From: Patescibacteria group bacterium
GTDB taxonomy: Bacteria > Patescibacteriota > Minisyncoccia > Minisyncoccales > GWA2-38-27
Reading direction: 5' to 3'
Length of the DNA stretch: 64,000 nt
Assembly (NCBI GenBank): GCA_020148045.1
Contig: JAHCRG010000017.1
Coordinates: 21,229-85,228, forward strand
The translations under genes were made by a program, and so were the position numbers. How positions within the stretch are numbered: position 1 is the first letter of the stretch; the number at the start of each line of letters is the position of its first letter. The notes under the pieces are model-generated. The model saw only the letters and a program-made list of their open reading frames with translations, searched no databases and was not told the DNA's origin. Below are positions 44,942 to 53,454 of the stretch, one piece after another.

Positions 44942-46431
44942 TTCAGGATTTTAATAGTTCCCTCGTTTAAATTTAATTGAATATAGTCTCCATTTTTAAT
45001 AACATCTGTAGCAACTTTGGTGCCAATGATGCAGGGCTTTTTTAATTCTCTTGAAACTATGGCTGCGTGAGTAGTAATTCCTCCTTCATTGGTGACAATA
45101 GCTTTTGCTTGTTTCATTAAAGGAACAAATTCTGGTCTTGTCATGCCGCTAAGCAAAATCTCCCCTTTATTAAATTTATCTTTTATTGGATCAAAAACAA
45201 TTCTTACTTTTCCTTTGATTAACATATCCTTGCCTTTGCCGATAGAAGCTACAAATCCCTTTAATTCTTTTTTTGAAAGCTCTTTTCTTTTCTTTTTAAA
45301 GAAATTAGCAATAAAATCACCCTCTTTGCCAAAGAAATATTCACTTTTCAATTTATTATTTTCTACGTAAGAAAAGATGACTGCCTTTTTTCTTCTATTT
45401 ATTTCTTTTTTGGACACTTTCTTGCCTTTTTCTAAAACTTGTACTACTTCTTTAATTAAATAATTATCTAAATCTGATTTTGGAATTTTAAACCTTTTGT
45501 TAATTTCATTGAATATTTGATCAATGCAAAATACCTGTTTTTGAATGTTTTGTTTTCTATCATCTTGAAGAAGGGTGAAAAATCTTACTAACTCAAAGAA
45601 GTTCTTTGTTTGTTTAGATATTTTATACTTTTTATAAATATTCTTTCTTTGCCTCAATGTTATTTCCTTCTTATTGTTTAATCTTTTTGTTTCCTTTTTT
45701 ATCTCTTTTAATGATTTGAATTTAACTAATTCTTTCAAAGAGTTAAGGAAAAATTTATTACCCAGATAAATAGCTCCCCGAAAACTATTTTGAATCCAAA
45801 AATAATTATCCCTATGTTTTTCTATATCTTCACAAGCTTTTTTAATATCTTTAAAATGTTTCTGAGCCAATTTTAAAAGGTCAAGTTTTTCTTGTTCAAG
45901 AAAACTCATCTTTTCCAATGAGCTAAGAATCCGAACAATATCCAAGGCTTTATCGGTTTTAATTCCTTGCAATAAATCTAAATAATATTGTTCGTTTAAT
46001 GTATCTAACCCCTCCGGAAGAAGCGAATATCCATATTGTTTTCTTCCTAACTCAAAAAGATTTAAAAATATCTTTTTTAAATCTTTGTTGCTACGTTTCT
46101 CTAAACCCTTTTTAACCTCCAAAAAAACATTATTAATATCTGCACAAACTTTAGTAAATTCTTTGTATTTTCTTTTGAAGTATTTCTTATCTTCTCTATG
46201 TTTTTTAATGCTCCAATCCAAGGCTTTTTTAGCGTCATCTTTAGGCGCCCATTCATAGCCATAATAATTATGAACACAATAAATACAAGCAGAATATAAG
46301 TTCTTTTTGTAAGCATTTCTTCCTTCTAAATAACAGGTTTTAAATTGTTCTTCAGCATGAAAAAAAACTTGAGATTCTTCTTCTTTCCAATCGTGAGAAT
46401 TGAGAATTTTTAATATTTTTTGTTTATTCAT
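44938..46431 (-). CDS. Helical domain + C-terminal phospho-His swivel protein (paralogue 1)
   Basis: C-terminal MTRPE...TNEGGITTHAAIVSRELKKPC. Confidence 0.88.
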   Translation of the reverse strand: MNKQKILKILNSHDWKEEESQVFFHAEEQFKTCYLEGRNAYKKNLYSACIYCVHNYYGYEWAPKDDAKKALDWSIKKHREDKKYFKRKYKEFTKVCADINNVFLEVKKGLEKRSNKDLKKIFLNLFELGRKQYGYSLLPEGLDTLNEQYYLDLLQGIKTDKALDIVRILSSLEKMSFLEQEKLDLLKLAQKHFKDIKKACEDIEKHRDNYFWIQNSFRGAIYLGNKFFLNSLKELVKFKSLKEIKKETKRLNNKKEITLRQRKNIYKKYKISKQTKNFFELVRFFTLLQDDRKQNIQKQVFCIDQIFNEINKRFKIPKSDLDNYLIKEVVQVLEKGKKVSKKEINRRKKAVIFSYVENNKLKSEYFFGKEGDFIANFFKKKRKELSKKELKGFVASIGKGKDMLIKGKVRIVFDPIKDKFNKGEILLSGMTRPEFVPLMKQAKAIVTNEGGITTHAAIVSRELKKPCIIGTKVATDVIKNGDYIQLNLNEGTIKILK

Positions 46432-47278
46432 TCTTCTTTTTATTGATTAAGGCTACCAGCCATTTGATGTGGAATTCAAAGTCCTTTTCAGTACGGCTGT
46501 TGTCTTCGTAGCAACGAGAAAGGCCTAAACGAGTAGCAGATAGAATCTTGCCTCCGCAAAATAGCAAAACTCTAAAGATTTGGTTACCAACCATTCCATT
46601 GACCGGAACCAGAATATTGGAACCAGCTCCAACCGCAGGATTTAAATCAATTGCCCAATTTTTTGCTTCATATCCTTTTTCTTTTAATTTTCCAACTATC
46701 CATTCTGCGTCTTCATAGGTTTTGTTAAGTATTCCATCAACCCCTTCTTTTATATCTTTTTTCCTTGGATAAGTTTCATGTCGTCTTCCAGTAAATACAG
46801 CAATTTTTGGCTCAATTCCCCATTCTTTAACAAATTCGGCATTATTTTGAGCAAGTTCTAATCTTTCTTCTTTTGACCAACCCTCAGGATTACTTGCCGG
46901 GCTCAAGAAAAATTGACGGCCTGAAGGATCCTCTAAAAGACCAGGGCAAAAAGTATAGTTTTCTCCAGTTAACTTCTGATAGGCCTCGAAAGTTGTAAAA
47001 TCGTCAATCGTACCCCTTATAATCCCTTCTACTTCATCATTGGCTAATATTGAAGCAAGTTTCTCTTCTGGATTGTTATCAACAACTTTTTCAAAGCCCT
47101 GAATATCTTTAATTGCTTCTGGACCTACTAAAATAATATCAGCATACTGCTTGCCATTTTTTAAACTCTCCAAAATCTCTTCATCCGGTTCTTTTAAACC
47201 GAAGGCAATCTTAGGTTTGCCTAATTTAACTAATTCTTCAACCCTTTTATTAAATATTTGAAATTCTTCTTTTCCCAT
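46424..47278 (-). CDS. MtxX/Mmp4-like protein (phosphate acyltransferase-related fold)
   Basis: GIIRGT, IAVFTGRR, PVNGMVGNQIFR, YEDNSR resemble the MtxX pattern VRGT / AVLSGGR / PDGISGNLIFR / VDTSR (recalled, not searched). Confidence 0.65.
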   Translation of the reverse strand: MGKEEFQIFNKRVEELVKLGKPKIAFGLKEPDEEILESLKNGKQYADIILVGPEAIKDIQGFEKVVDNNPEEKLASILANDEVEGIIRGTIDDFTTFEAYQKLTGENYTFCPGLLEDPSGRQFFLSPASNPEGWSKEERLELAQNNAEFVKEWGIEPKIAVFTGRRHETYPRKKDIKEGVDGILNKTYEDAEWIVGKLKEKGYEAKNWAIDLNPAVGAGSNILVPVNGMVGNQIFRVLLFCGGKILSATRLGLSRCYEDNSRTEKDFEFHIKWLVALINKKKNE

Positions 47279-47367
47279 AATTTTTAAAACTTAAAACTTA
47301 TTATTTAATAACGACCATTTTTCTGCTTTTATCATACTTAATTTTATTGAATTTTACAATAAAACCA

Positions 47368-47396
47368 TTGACAAAATATATACACTATGCTATAAT
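47368..47396 (+). promoter_or_regulatory. Perfect-consensus sigma70 promoter
   Basis: TTGACA-17 bp-TATAAT with TG extension. Confidence 0.85.
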
Positions 47397-47464
47397 TCAA
47401 GTAGAAAAGAATACTTTTACAATTTAATAATAGCTTGAATAACCGTCTGAAAGGAGGTTCAGAA

Positions 47465-48460
47465 ATGGATGCTCACGAACTGAGAAGAGTGTTAGAAATA
47501 CAGAGAGATCTCTACTTAAAACCAGGGGATAAGATTCTGGTTGTCCTGGTAGAAAGTCTCGCCCACGCTCCTATCACAAATGTTCTTCAGGATTATGATT
47601 TCGATATTGCTTTAATTCCTATGGTTGAACGACCTGGTCAAGATTACGAGGTTGACGAGAAACTTCTGGACGGAAAAACAGTCGGATGGCTTATTACTAA
47701 CATTAGTGTGAGCCACTCCCCAGCAACTAAGAGGATGCTTGATAAAGGGATGTTCCTTATTTCCAATCCTGGCATTACGCCAGATTGGCTAGCTATACTT
47801 AATCCAGCCAATAGAGAGCCCTGTCAGAAAAACGCCAAAGCCATCTTAAACGCTATTGGCGGAGATATTGGTGGTAAATTTCACATTATTGCCAATGACG
47901 GAACTGACCTTTGGTTAAAAGTTCCCAACAAAAACTGGCATATAGAGGCAGGTGGCCGAGAAGGTATAGGAACCAATGGTACTTATGGGGAGCTTACGAC
48001 TGCTCCTTACTGGGCAGAAGGAACTTTGGTGCTACGGCCAGGTGATTTCCTTACCAATCCCATCAACAGAGTAAATGAGAAAATTGTTCTGACAATCCAT
48101 ACTAACCGTGTCGTGGAGATTAAGGGTGGATCACAGTTTGAAACTCTCACAAAAATGCTGGAAGAACCGAATGACCCAAAAGCTTTCCAATTAGGAGAAT
48201 TCGCTTTTGGTCTTAATCCTGGAAAGCCGGAAAAACTTTATCGTTCTGTTGTTGCGGAAAAGCGTTTGGGAGGAATACATATTGCTATTGGAACCAATAG
48301 TATATGTCTGAAAGAAGACTGTCCTGAAATCAGCAAGTTCAAGTACGGACGCTACACTGCAGGAGTTCACATTGATTGCATCAAATTTGGAGCATCTGTG
48401 TTTTTTGAACCCGAAGCTCCAACAAGAACAATCCTGGAGAAAGGAATCTTGATGATCTAA
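47465..48460 (+). CDS. M29-like (thermophilic/leucyl) aminopeptidase family protein
   Basis: GTDL, GE...AP, LGEFAFGLNP, EK..G.IHIAIG, HID; SD AAAGGAGG before ATG 47465. Confidence 0.8.
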   Translation: MDAHELRRVLEIQRDLYLKPGDKILVVLVESLAHAPITNVLQDYDFDIALIPMVERPGQDYEVDEKLLDGKTVGWLITNISVSHSPATKRMLDKGMFLISNPGITPDWLAILNPANREPCQKNAKAILNAIGGDIGGKFHIIANDGTDLWLKVPNKNWHIEAGGREGIGTNGTYGELTTAPYWAEGTLVLRPGDFLTNPINRVNEKIVLTIHTNRVVEIKGGSQFETLTKMLEEPNDPKAFQLGEFAFGLNPGKPEKLYRSVVAEKRLGGIHIAIGTNSICLKEDCPEISKFKYGRYTAGVHIDCIKFGASVFFEPEAPTRTILEKGILMI

Positions 48461-48472
48461 CTGTCAAGATTC

Positions 48473-48502
48473 AAAAAGCCCGAGTTCTACTTGGGCTTTT
48501 TT
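48473..48502. terminator. Bidirectional intrinsic terminator
   Basis: AAAAAGCCCGAG-TTCTA-CTTGGGCTTTTTT. Confidence 0.85.
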
Positions 48503-48524
48503 ATTTACTAAAAGATTATTAATT

Positions 48525-49655
48525 TTATGTTGTTTTAATCGGCATTACCACGTAGATATAGGTTTCGTCACCGACCGGTTTGAGAACTCCGGGGCCAGAG
48601 TCACCGTTAAATTCAAAGAGAATCTCTGAACTCTTTATATTTAAAAGCCCGTCTAATAAGAAACGGTGATTAAAAGAAATCTTTACGGGTTCTCCTTTTA
48701 TTTTTCCAGGAACCGAAGATTGGTATTCTCCAATTTCTGGGCTTTGGCTAAAGATTTCTATTTTCTTTTCTTTCGGCTCTACTTTAATCTTTACTTCGTT
48801 TATTTTTCCGCTAAATAAACTGGCTGTTTTTATTTGATTCAAAAATTCATTTTTATCTAATCTTAACTGGGTTGTGTGTTTTTTAGGGATAATCTCCTGA
48901 TAATTCGGGTATTCTCCCTCTATTAATCTGGAGACTAATTGAATTTGAGGATGCGGGGTTTCTGGCATAAGATATTCAAACATAACTTGGTTAGGTGAAA
49001 AATACATTTTTAATTCTCCCTTCTTTTCCCCAAAAACATTAACAATTTCTTTTGCTGTTTTTTGGGGAAGAATTAAGGAATATTCTTTTTTTAAGGAAGA
49101 ATTATTTTTTAAAAATATTTTCTTCTCGCCTAATCTAAAACTATCGGTGGCTGCTATTGTTATTAAATTTTTTTGAAAAGAAAAATAGACACCTGAGATC
49201 TCTGGCCTAGTGGTAGAGGGAAGAACTATATCTGTAACTTGGTTTAAACTTTGGCAGAGAGGGAAACTTTCAATAGAAATAGATTCTTCTTTACTAATTT
49301 TGGGGATAATTGGAAATTCATCAGCGCTGAGACCTTTTATTTGAGTTTTATAATTTTCACACTCAATAAATAAAGTATTATTTTTTACTTCAAGATTTAT
49401 TTTTTTATTTGGAAGCAAGCTTATAAAATTAGAAAATAAATGGGAAGGAATAGTAATTTTTCCCTCTTTTTCAATTTTAGTTAGAACCCACCAGTTTATT
49501 CCTGTTTCTAAATCAGTAGCAGACAAATTAAAGAAATTTTTTTCTGTTGATATTAGAATATTATTTAAAATAGGAAGAGTTAAAGATTTTGAAGAGACCC
49601 TTTCAACAACACTTAAACCTTCTTTTAGTTTTTCTTGTAAAATTAGTAGTTTCAT
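48525..49655 (-). CDS. dnaN: DNA polymerase III beta sliding clamp
   Basis: LPILNNIL, ATDLE, ATDSFRL, SRLIEGEYPNY, VVMP; downstream of dnaA. Confidence 0.97.
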   Translation of the reverse strand: MKLLILQEKLKEGLSVVERVSSKSLTLPILNNILISTEKNFFNLSATDLETGINWWVLTKIEKEGKITIPSHLFSNFISLLPNKKINLEVKNNTLFIECENYKTQIKGLSADEFPIIPKISKEESISIESFPLCQSLNQVTDIVLPSTTRPEISGVYFSFQKNLITIAATDSFRLGEKKIFLKNNSSLKKEYSLILPQKTAKEIVNVFGEKKGELKMYFSPNQVMFEYLMPETPHPQIQLVSRLIEGEYPNYQEIIPKKHTTQLRLDKNEFLNQIKTASLFSGKINEVKIKVEPKEKKIEIFSQSPEIGEYQSSVPGKIKGEPVKISFNHRFLLDGLLNIKSSEILFEFNGDSGPGVLKPVGDETYIYVVMPIKTT

Positions 49656-49871
49656 AATTATATAATTAATATTAATAAATTAATTTATTAATTATTGTTG
49701 TTAGTGTGGTGGAAATGTAAGTTTTTTATTTTGTTTAAGAGGGTGTTTATTATTTAAAATTAAGTAGATAGAAAGTGAATTATTTTTTGGGTTAGTTTTA
49801 TTAACTATCCAACATCTAATATCTAACATTTAATACCCCAAGAGTATAACATATTTATCCACAGTTTATTG
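49656..49871. other. Probable replication origin oriC
   Basis: dnaA-dnaN intergenic region; perfect DnaA box TTATCCACA at 49855-49863; pure A/T stretch next to dnaN start. Confidence 0.75.
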
Positions 49872-51221
49872 CTAACCACTAAATATTCTCTCCTTTATTA
49901 AATGAATTTCTTCTTCCAGTTTTTTATTTTTCTCTAATTCTTTCAGGACTTTTTTATACGAGTGAATAGCAGTGGTATGGTCTTTTCCATTAAATTTTCT
50001 TCCAATAAAAGGAAAGGAGCTTTTTAATTCTTCTCTTAATAAATACATTGCTATTTGGCGAGGTCTAACGATTTCTTTTTTCCGCGAAGAAGTTAAGAGG
50101 TCCTTTTCCTTTAAATCATAAAATTCTGCCACCATTTGAATTATTTTTTTTGGCGTAGTTATTTTGACTGGAGAAGAAAGTAAATTTTTTAGAAGAGTCT
50201 TAGCTACTTCAAGGTCAGGTTTTTGATTGTTTAATTTTTGGTAAATAATTAAACGGTTTAAGGCGCCCTCTAATTCCCTAATGTTTTTTTGAATAACAGA
50301 AGCAATATATTGATAAACCTCCTCAGAGAAATCTACCTTTTTTTCTTGGGCTTTAGTTTTTAAAATGGCCATCCTTGTTTCAAAATCAGGAATACTAATA
50401 TCTGCTATCATTCCTCCCTCAAACCTTGACCTTAATCTCTCAGCTAAGGCATGAATAGCTTTTGGGGGACGGTCTGAAGAAAGAACGATTTGCTTATTAT
50501 TCTCATACAAAACATTAAAAATATGGAAAAATTCTTCTTGGGTTTTTTCTTTTCCAGCTAAAAATTGAATATCGTCAATAATCAAAACATCAATTGCCCT
50601 ATATTTTGATTTAAACGGTTCTATTTGGTGATTTCTAATTGCTGAGACCACTTCTGAAGTAAATTTTTCAGAGGGAACATATTTTACTTTCTTCTTTTTG
50701 AAATTTTTGACAGCTTCATTTCCAATGGCTTGTAAAACATGGGTCTTTCCTAATCCCACCCCTCCATAAACAAAAAGGGGGTTATAAACAAAGCCGGGAT
50801 TTTTTGAAACTGCAATAGCGGCAGCGTGAGGTAATTCGTTAAAGGGACCGACCACAAAAGAATCAAAAGTATAACGGGGATTAAGATTAGTTTCTTTATT
50901 TACTTTAAATTCTTGGAATTCAAGTTGGTCAGTTTCCGGCAAAACCATTGGAATCCTTTTTAGAATTCTTAGCCTGGTTTTACCAACTGTATATTTAACT
51001 TCTTTAATTTCCTCATTTAAATTATATAAGATTTTAAGGATGGTTTTATTATATTTATTTTCTAACCATTCTTTAGCAAAAGAATTTGGTACTAAAACAA
51101 CAACCTCTCCATCTTTCTGAGAAACAATTTCGGTATTTTTAAACCAGGTAGCAAAATTGGCCTGGGAAATATTCAATTGGATTTGGGCAAGTACTGTCTG
51201 CCAAAGCTCCTCATTGGTCAC
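49872..51221 (-). CDS. dnaA: Chromosomal replication initiator DnaA
   Basis: YNPLFVYGGVGLGKTH, IDDIQF, QEEFFH, RLRSRF, NIRELEGAL, KDHTT. Confidence 0.98.
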   Translation of the reverse strand: MTNEELWQTVLAQIQLNISQANFATWFKNTEIVSQKDGEVVVLVPNSFAKEWLENKYNKTILKILYNLNEEIKEVKYTVGKTRLRILKRIPMVLPETDQLEFQEFKVNKETNLNPRYTFDSFVVGPFNELPHAAAIAVSKNPGFVYNPLFVYGGVGLGKTHVLQAIGNEAVKNFKKKKVKYVPSEKFTSEVVSAIRNHQIEPFKSKYRAIDVLIIDDIQFLAGKEKTQEEFFHIFNVLYENNKQIVLSSDRPPKAIHALAERLRSRFEGGMIADISIPDFETRMAILKTKAQEKKVDFSEEVYQYIASVIQKNIRELEGALNRLIIYQKLNNQKPDLEVAKTLLKNLLSSPVKITTPKKIIQMVAEFYDLKEKDLLTSSRKKEIVRPRQIAMYLLREELKSSFPFIGRKFNGKDHTTAIHSYKKVLKELEKNKKLEEEIHLIKERIFSG

Positions 51222-51229
51222 ATTTCTTA

Positions 51230-51286
51230 AAACTTGAAACTTGAAACATATTTAAAAAGTTTCAGGTTCCAGGTTCCAGGTTTCAT
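51230..51286. repeat. Inverted heptamer arrays in the dnaA leader
   Basis: aaacttg aaacttg aaaca ... gtttcag gttccag gttccag gtttcat. Confidence 0.75.
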
Positions 51287-51390
51287 GATTAGTCATTATA
51301 TCATATGTCAATTCAAAAAGGAAATAAGATAAAAAATTGAGTTTTGTTAATAAGCTGGGGAGAACCTGTGAAATCTCTATAGGTCTGAAA

Positions 51391-51419
51391 TTGACCAAAG
51401 ATTCTTTTAATATTATACT
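51391..51419 (+). promoter_or_regulatory. Sigma70-type promoter of rpmH operon (leaderless spacing)
   Basis: TTGACC-17 bp-TATACT, 7 nt before the rpmH ATG. Confidence 0.75.
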
Positions 51420-51426
51420 TAAATAT

Positions 51427-51561
51427 ATGTCTATCACTTATCAGCCAAAAAGAAAAAAAAGAAAAAGAACCCATGGTTTCAGGGCGCGGACAAAGACAAA
51501 GTCGGGTAGGAGAATATTAAAAAGACGGAGAAAGAAAAAAAGAAAGAAGCTTACTGTGTAA
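51427..51561 (+). CDS. rpmH: 50S ribosomal protein L34
   Basis: [21 protein letters not shown]...GRRILKRRR; divergent from dnaA. Confidence 0.96.
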   Translation: MSITYQPKRKKRKRTHGFRARTKTKSGRRILKRRRKKKRKKLTV

Positions 51562-51563
51562 AT

Positions 51564-51908
51564 ATGCTACCAGCAAGAAATCGCCTCAAAAAAAAGAAGG
51601 ATTTTGAAAGAGTTTTTAAAGAAGGGCAAGGTTTTAAACAAGGTTTTTTATATTTAAAAATTAAAAAAAACAATCTTAAATCAAGCCGTTTTGGTTTTAT
51701 AGTCAGCAAAAAGTTTTCCCCAAAAGCTACAATTAGAAATAAAATAAAAAGAAGATTAAGAGAATTGGTTAAAATAAAATTACCCGAAATTAAAAAAGGA
51801 ATAGACGGAATAATAATAATTATACCAGGGCTTGAGGCAACAGATTTCCACGAATTAGAAAAGATAGTAAATAAACTTTTTGAGAAAGCGGGACTTTATG
51901 AGAATTAA
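51564..51908 (+). CDS. rnpA: Ribonuclease P protein component
   Basis: RLKKKKDF..VF, RFGFIVSKK, A..RNKIKRRLRE. Confidence 0.95.
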   Translation: MLPARNRLKKKKDFERVFKEGQGFKQGFLYLKIKKNNLKSSRFGFIVSKKFSPKATIRNKIKRRLRELVKIKLPEIKKGIDGIIIIIPGLEATDFHELEKIVNKLFEKAGLYEN

Positions 51909-51953
51909 GAAGCAACCCTCCGGGGAGTCTCTCGCTTCGCTCGATCCAAGAGG

Positions 51954-52172
51954 ATGAAGAAAATATTAAAAAACACAGTTTTAAAAATTATTAGATTTTA
52001 TCAGGTTTTTATTTCACCTAGTTTAGGAAATAATTGTCGGTTTTCCCCAAATTGTTCACAATATTGTTATTTAGTAATTGAAAAATATGGCGTTGGAAGG
52101 GGACTATGGCGGGGATTAAAAAGAATATTAAGGTGTCATCCGTGGAATGAAGGGGGAGAGGATTTGCCGTAG
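51954..52172 (+). CDS. yidD: Membrane protein insertion efficiency factor
   Basis: YQ.FISP, CRFSPNCSQY, RILRCHPW..GG.D. Confidence 0.94.
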   Translation: MKKILKNTVLKIIRFYQVFISPSLGNNCRFSPNCSQYCYLVIEKYGVGRGLWRGLKRILRCHPWNEGGEDLP

Positions 52173-52197
52173 ATAATTTTCAATTTCTAATTTTAAA

Positions 52198-52905
52198 ATG
52201 GAGATATTAATTCAAGCATTTAATACAATTCTATACCAGCCATTATTGAATGTTTTGGTTTTATTATATGAATATTTGCCTGGGCATGATTTTGGGGTGG
52301 CGGTAATTGTTTTGACAATTTTAATTAAACTTTTATTTTATCCGTTAGGAATAAAAGCAATTAAATCACAGAAAGCTCTTTCTGGACTTCAACCAAAAGT
52401 AAAAGAGATTCAGGAAAAGTATAAAGATAATAAGGGGCAGCAGACCAGAGAAATAATGGCACTTTACAAAAAAGAAAAAATAAATCCTTTTTCTGGCTGT
52501 TTGCCCGTTTTGATTCAGCTCCCAGTTTTACTCGCTCTTTACCGGGTATTTTGGCACGGTTTACAACCTGAACAAATGGTTCTTCTTTATAATTTTGTCC
52601 CTCTTCCTGGGACAATTGCCCCAACTTTTTTGGGGATTGTAAATCTTGCTCAACCTAATATAATAATGGCATTCTTAGCTGGGATTTTTCAGTTCCTTCA
52701 AACGAAACTCAGCATCCCTAAAATTAAATCAAACAAAACTTCTGGTTTTTCCGGGCAAATGCAGAAACAGATGCAATATTTTATGCCTGCCTTTATGGTT
52801 TTAATTCTTTTCCGACTTCCCTCAGCTATTGGTCTTTATTGGCTAACAACTACCCTCTTTACAATTGTTCAACAATATGTTATTTTTAGGAAGAAAAATG
52901 ATTAA
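52198..52905 (+). CDS. yidC: YidC/Oxa1 membrane insertase
   Basis: LQPKVKEIQEKYK, NPFSGCLPVLIQLP, GLYW. Confidence 0.95.
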   Translation: MEILIQAFNTILYQPLLNVLVLLYEYLPGHDFGVAVIVLTILIKLLFYPLGIKAIKSQKALSGLQPKVKEIQEKYKDNKGQQTREIMALYKKEKINPFSGCLPVLIQLPVLLALYRVFWHGLQPEQMVLLYNFVPLPGTIAPTFLGIVNLAQPNIIMAFLAGIFQFLQTKLSIPKIKSNKTSGFSGQMQKQMQYFMPAFMVLILFRLPSAIGLYWLTTTLFTIVQQYVIFRKKND

Positions 52906-53359
52906 CCAAAATAACTTACAAGAAATAGAAAAAATAATTCAGGAATTTTTTGAAAAAACAAGCTTTGAAGTAGAAGCTGAGGTTTTGTCTCCTGAAGAAA
53001 AGACAGTTCCGGTAAGAATAAGAACCGAGGAGCCGAAGATTTTAATTGGTCAAAATGGCCAAACTTTAGCTGAAATTCAGCACCTTTTAAAAGCGATGTT
53101 AAGGCGCAGAATTTCAGAACAGTTTTATCTTGATATTGATATTAATGATTACAAAAAGAAAAAAATTGAGTATTTAAAAGAAACAGCTGGTTTTTTGGCT
53201 GATGAAGTTGCCTTAAGTAAAAAAGAAAAAATGCTGGCGCCAATGCCAGCTTACGAAAGAAGAATTATTCATTTAGAATTGGCGGAGAGGAAAGATATTG
53301 CCACCGAAAGCATTGGCCAGGAACCTGAGAGAAAAGTAGTAATCCGGCCTTATCCATAA
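52898..53359 (+). CDS. jag: Jag/EloR-like KH + R3H RNA-binding protein (no N-terminal Jag domain)
   Basis: LIGQNGQTL..IQ, PM..YERRIIH, TESIG.EP.R.VVI; synteny after yidC. Confidence 0.9.
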   Translation: MINQNNLQEIEKIIQEFFEKTSFEVEAEVLSPEEKTVPVRIRTEEPKILIGQNGQTLAEIQHLLKAMLRRRISEQFYLDIDINDYKKKKIEYLKETAGFLADEVALSKKEKMLAPMPAYERRIIHLELAERKDIATESIGQEPERKVVIRPYP

Positions 53360-53393
53360 GGAGTTTGTTTCTGTTGATGCATTAATTAAATTT

Positions 53394-53425
53394 AAAAACA
53401 ACCCCGTTTAAACGGGGTTGTTTTT
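53394..53425. terminator. Bidirectional intrinsic terminator
   Basis: AAAAACAACCCCGTTTAAACGGGGTTGTTTTT perfect palindrome. Confidence 0.88.
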
Positions 53426-53454
53426 GTCTTGGCAATAGATTATTAATTAATAGA

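Noticed and set aside
39159..46431. Annotation as phosphoenolpyruvate synthase (ppsA) or as frameshifted fragments of it
   Set aside because: No C-terminal PEP/pyruvate barrel in any ORF; genes have clean starts, stops and ATGA-type coupling, and five separate intact His domains
51337..51426. N-terminal extension of L34 in the ORF track
   Set aside because: Covers the promoter; L34 homology starts at ATG 51427
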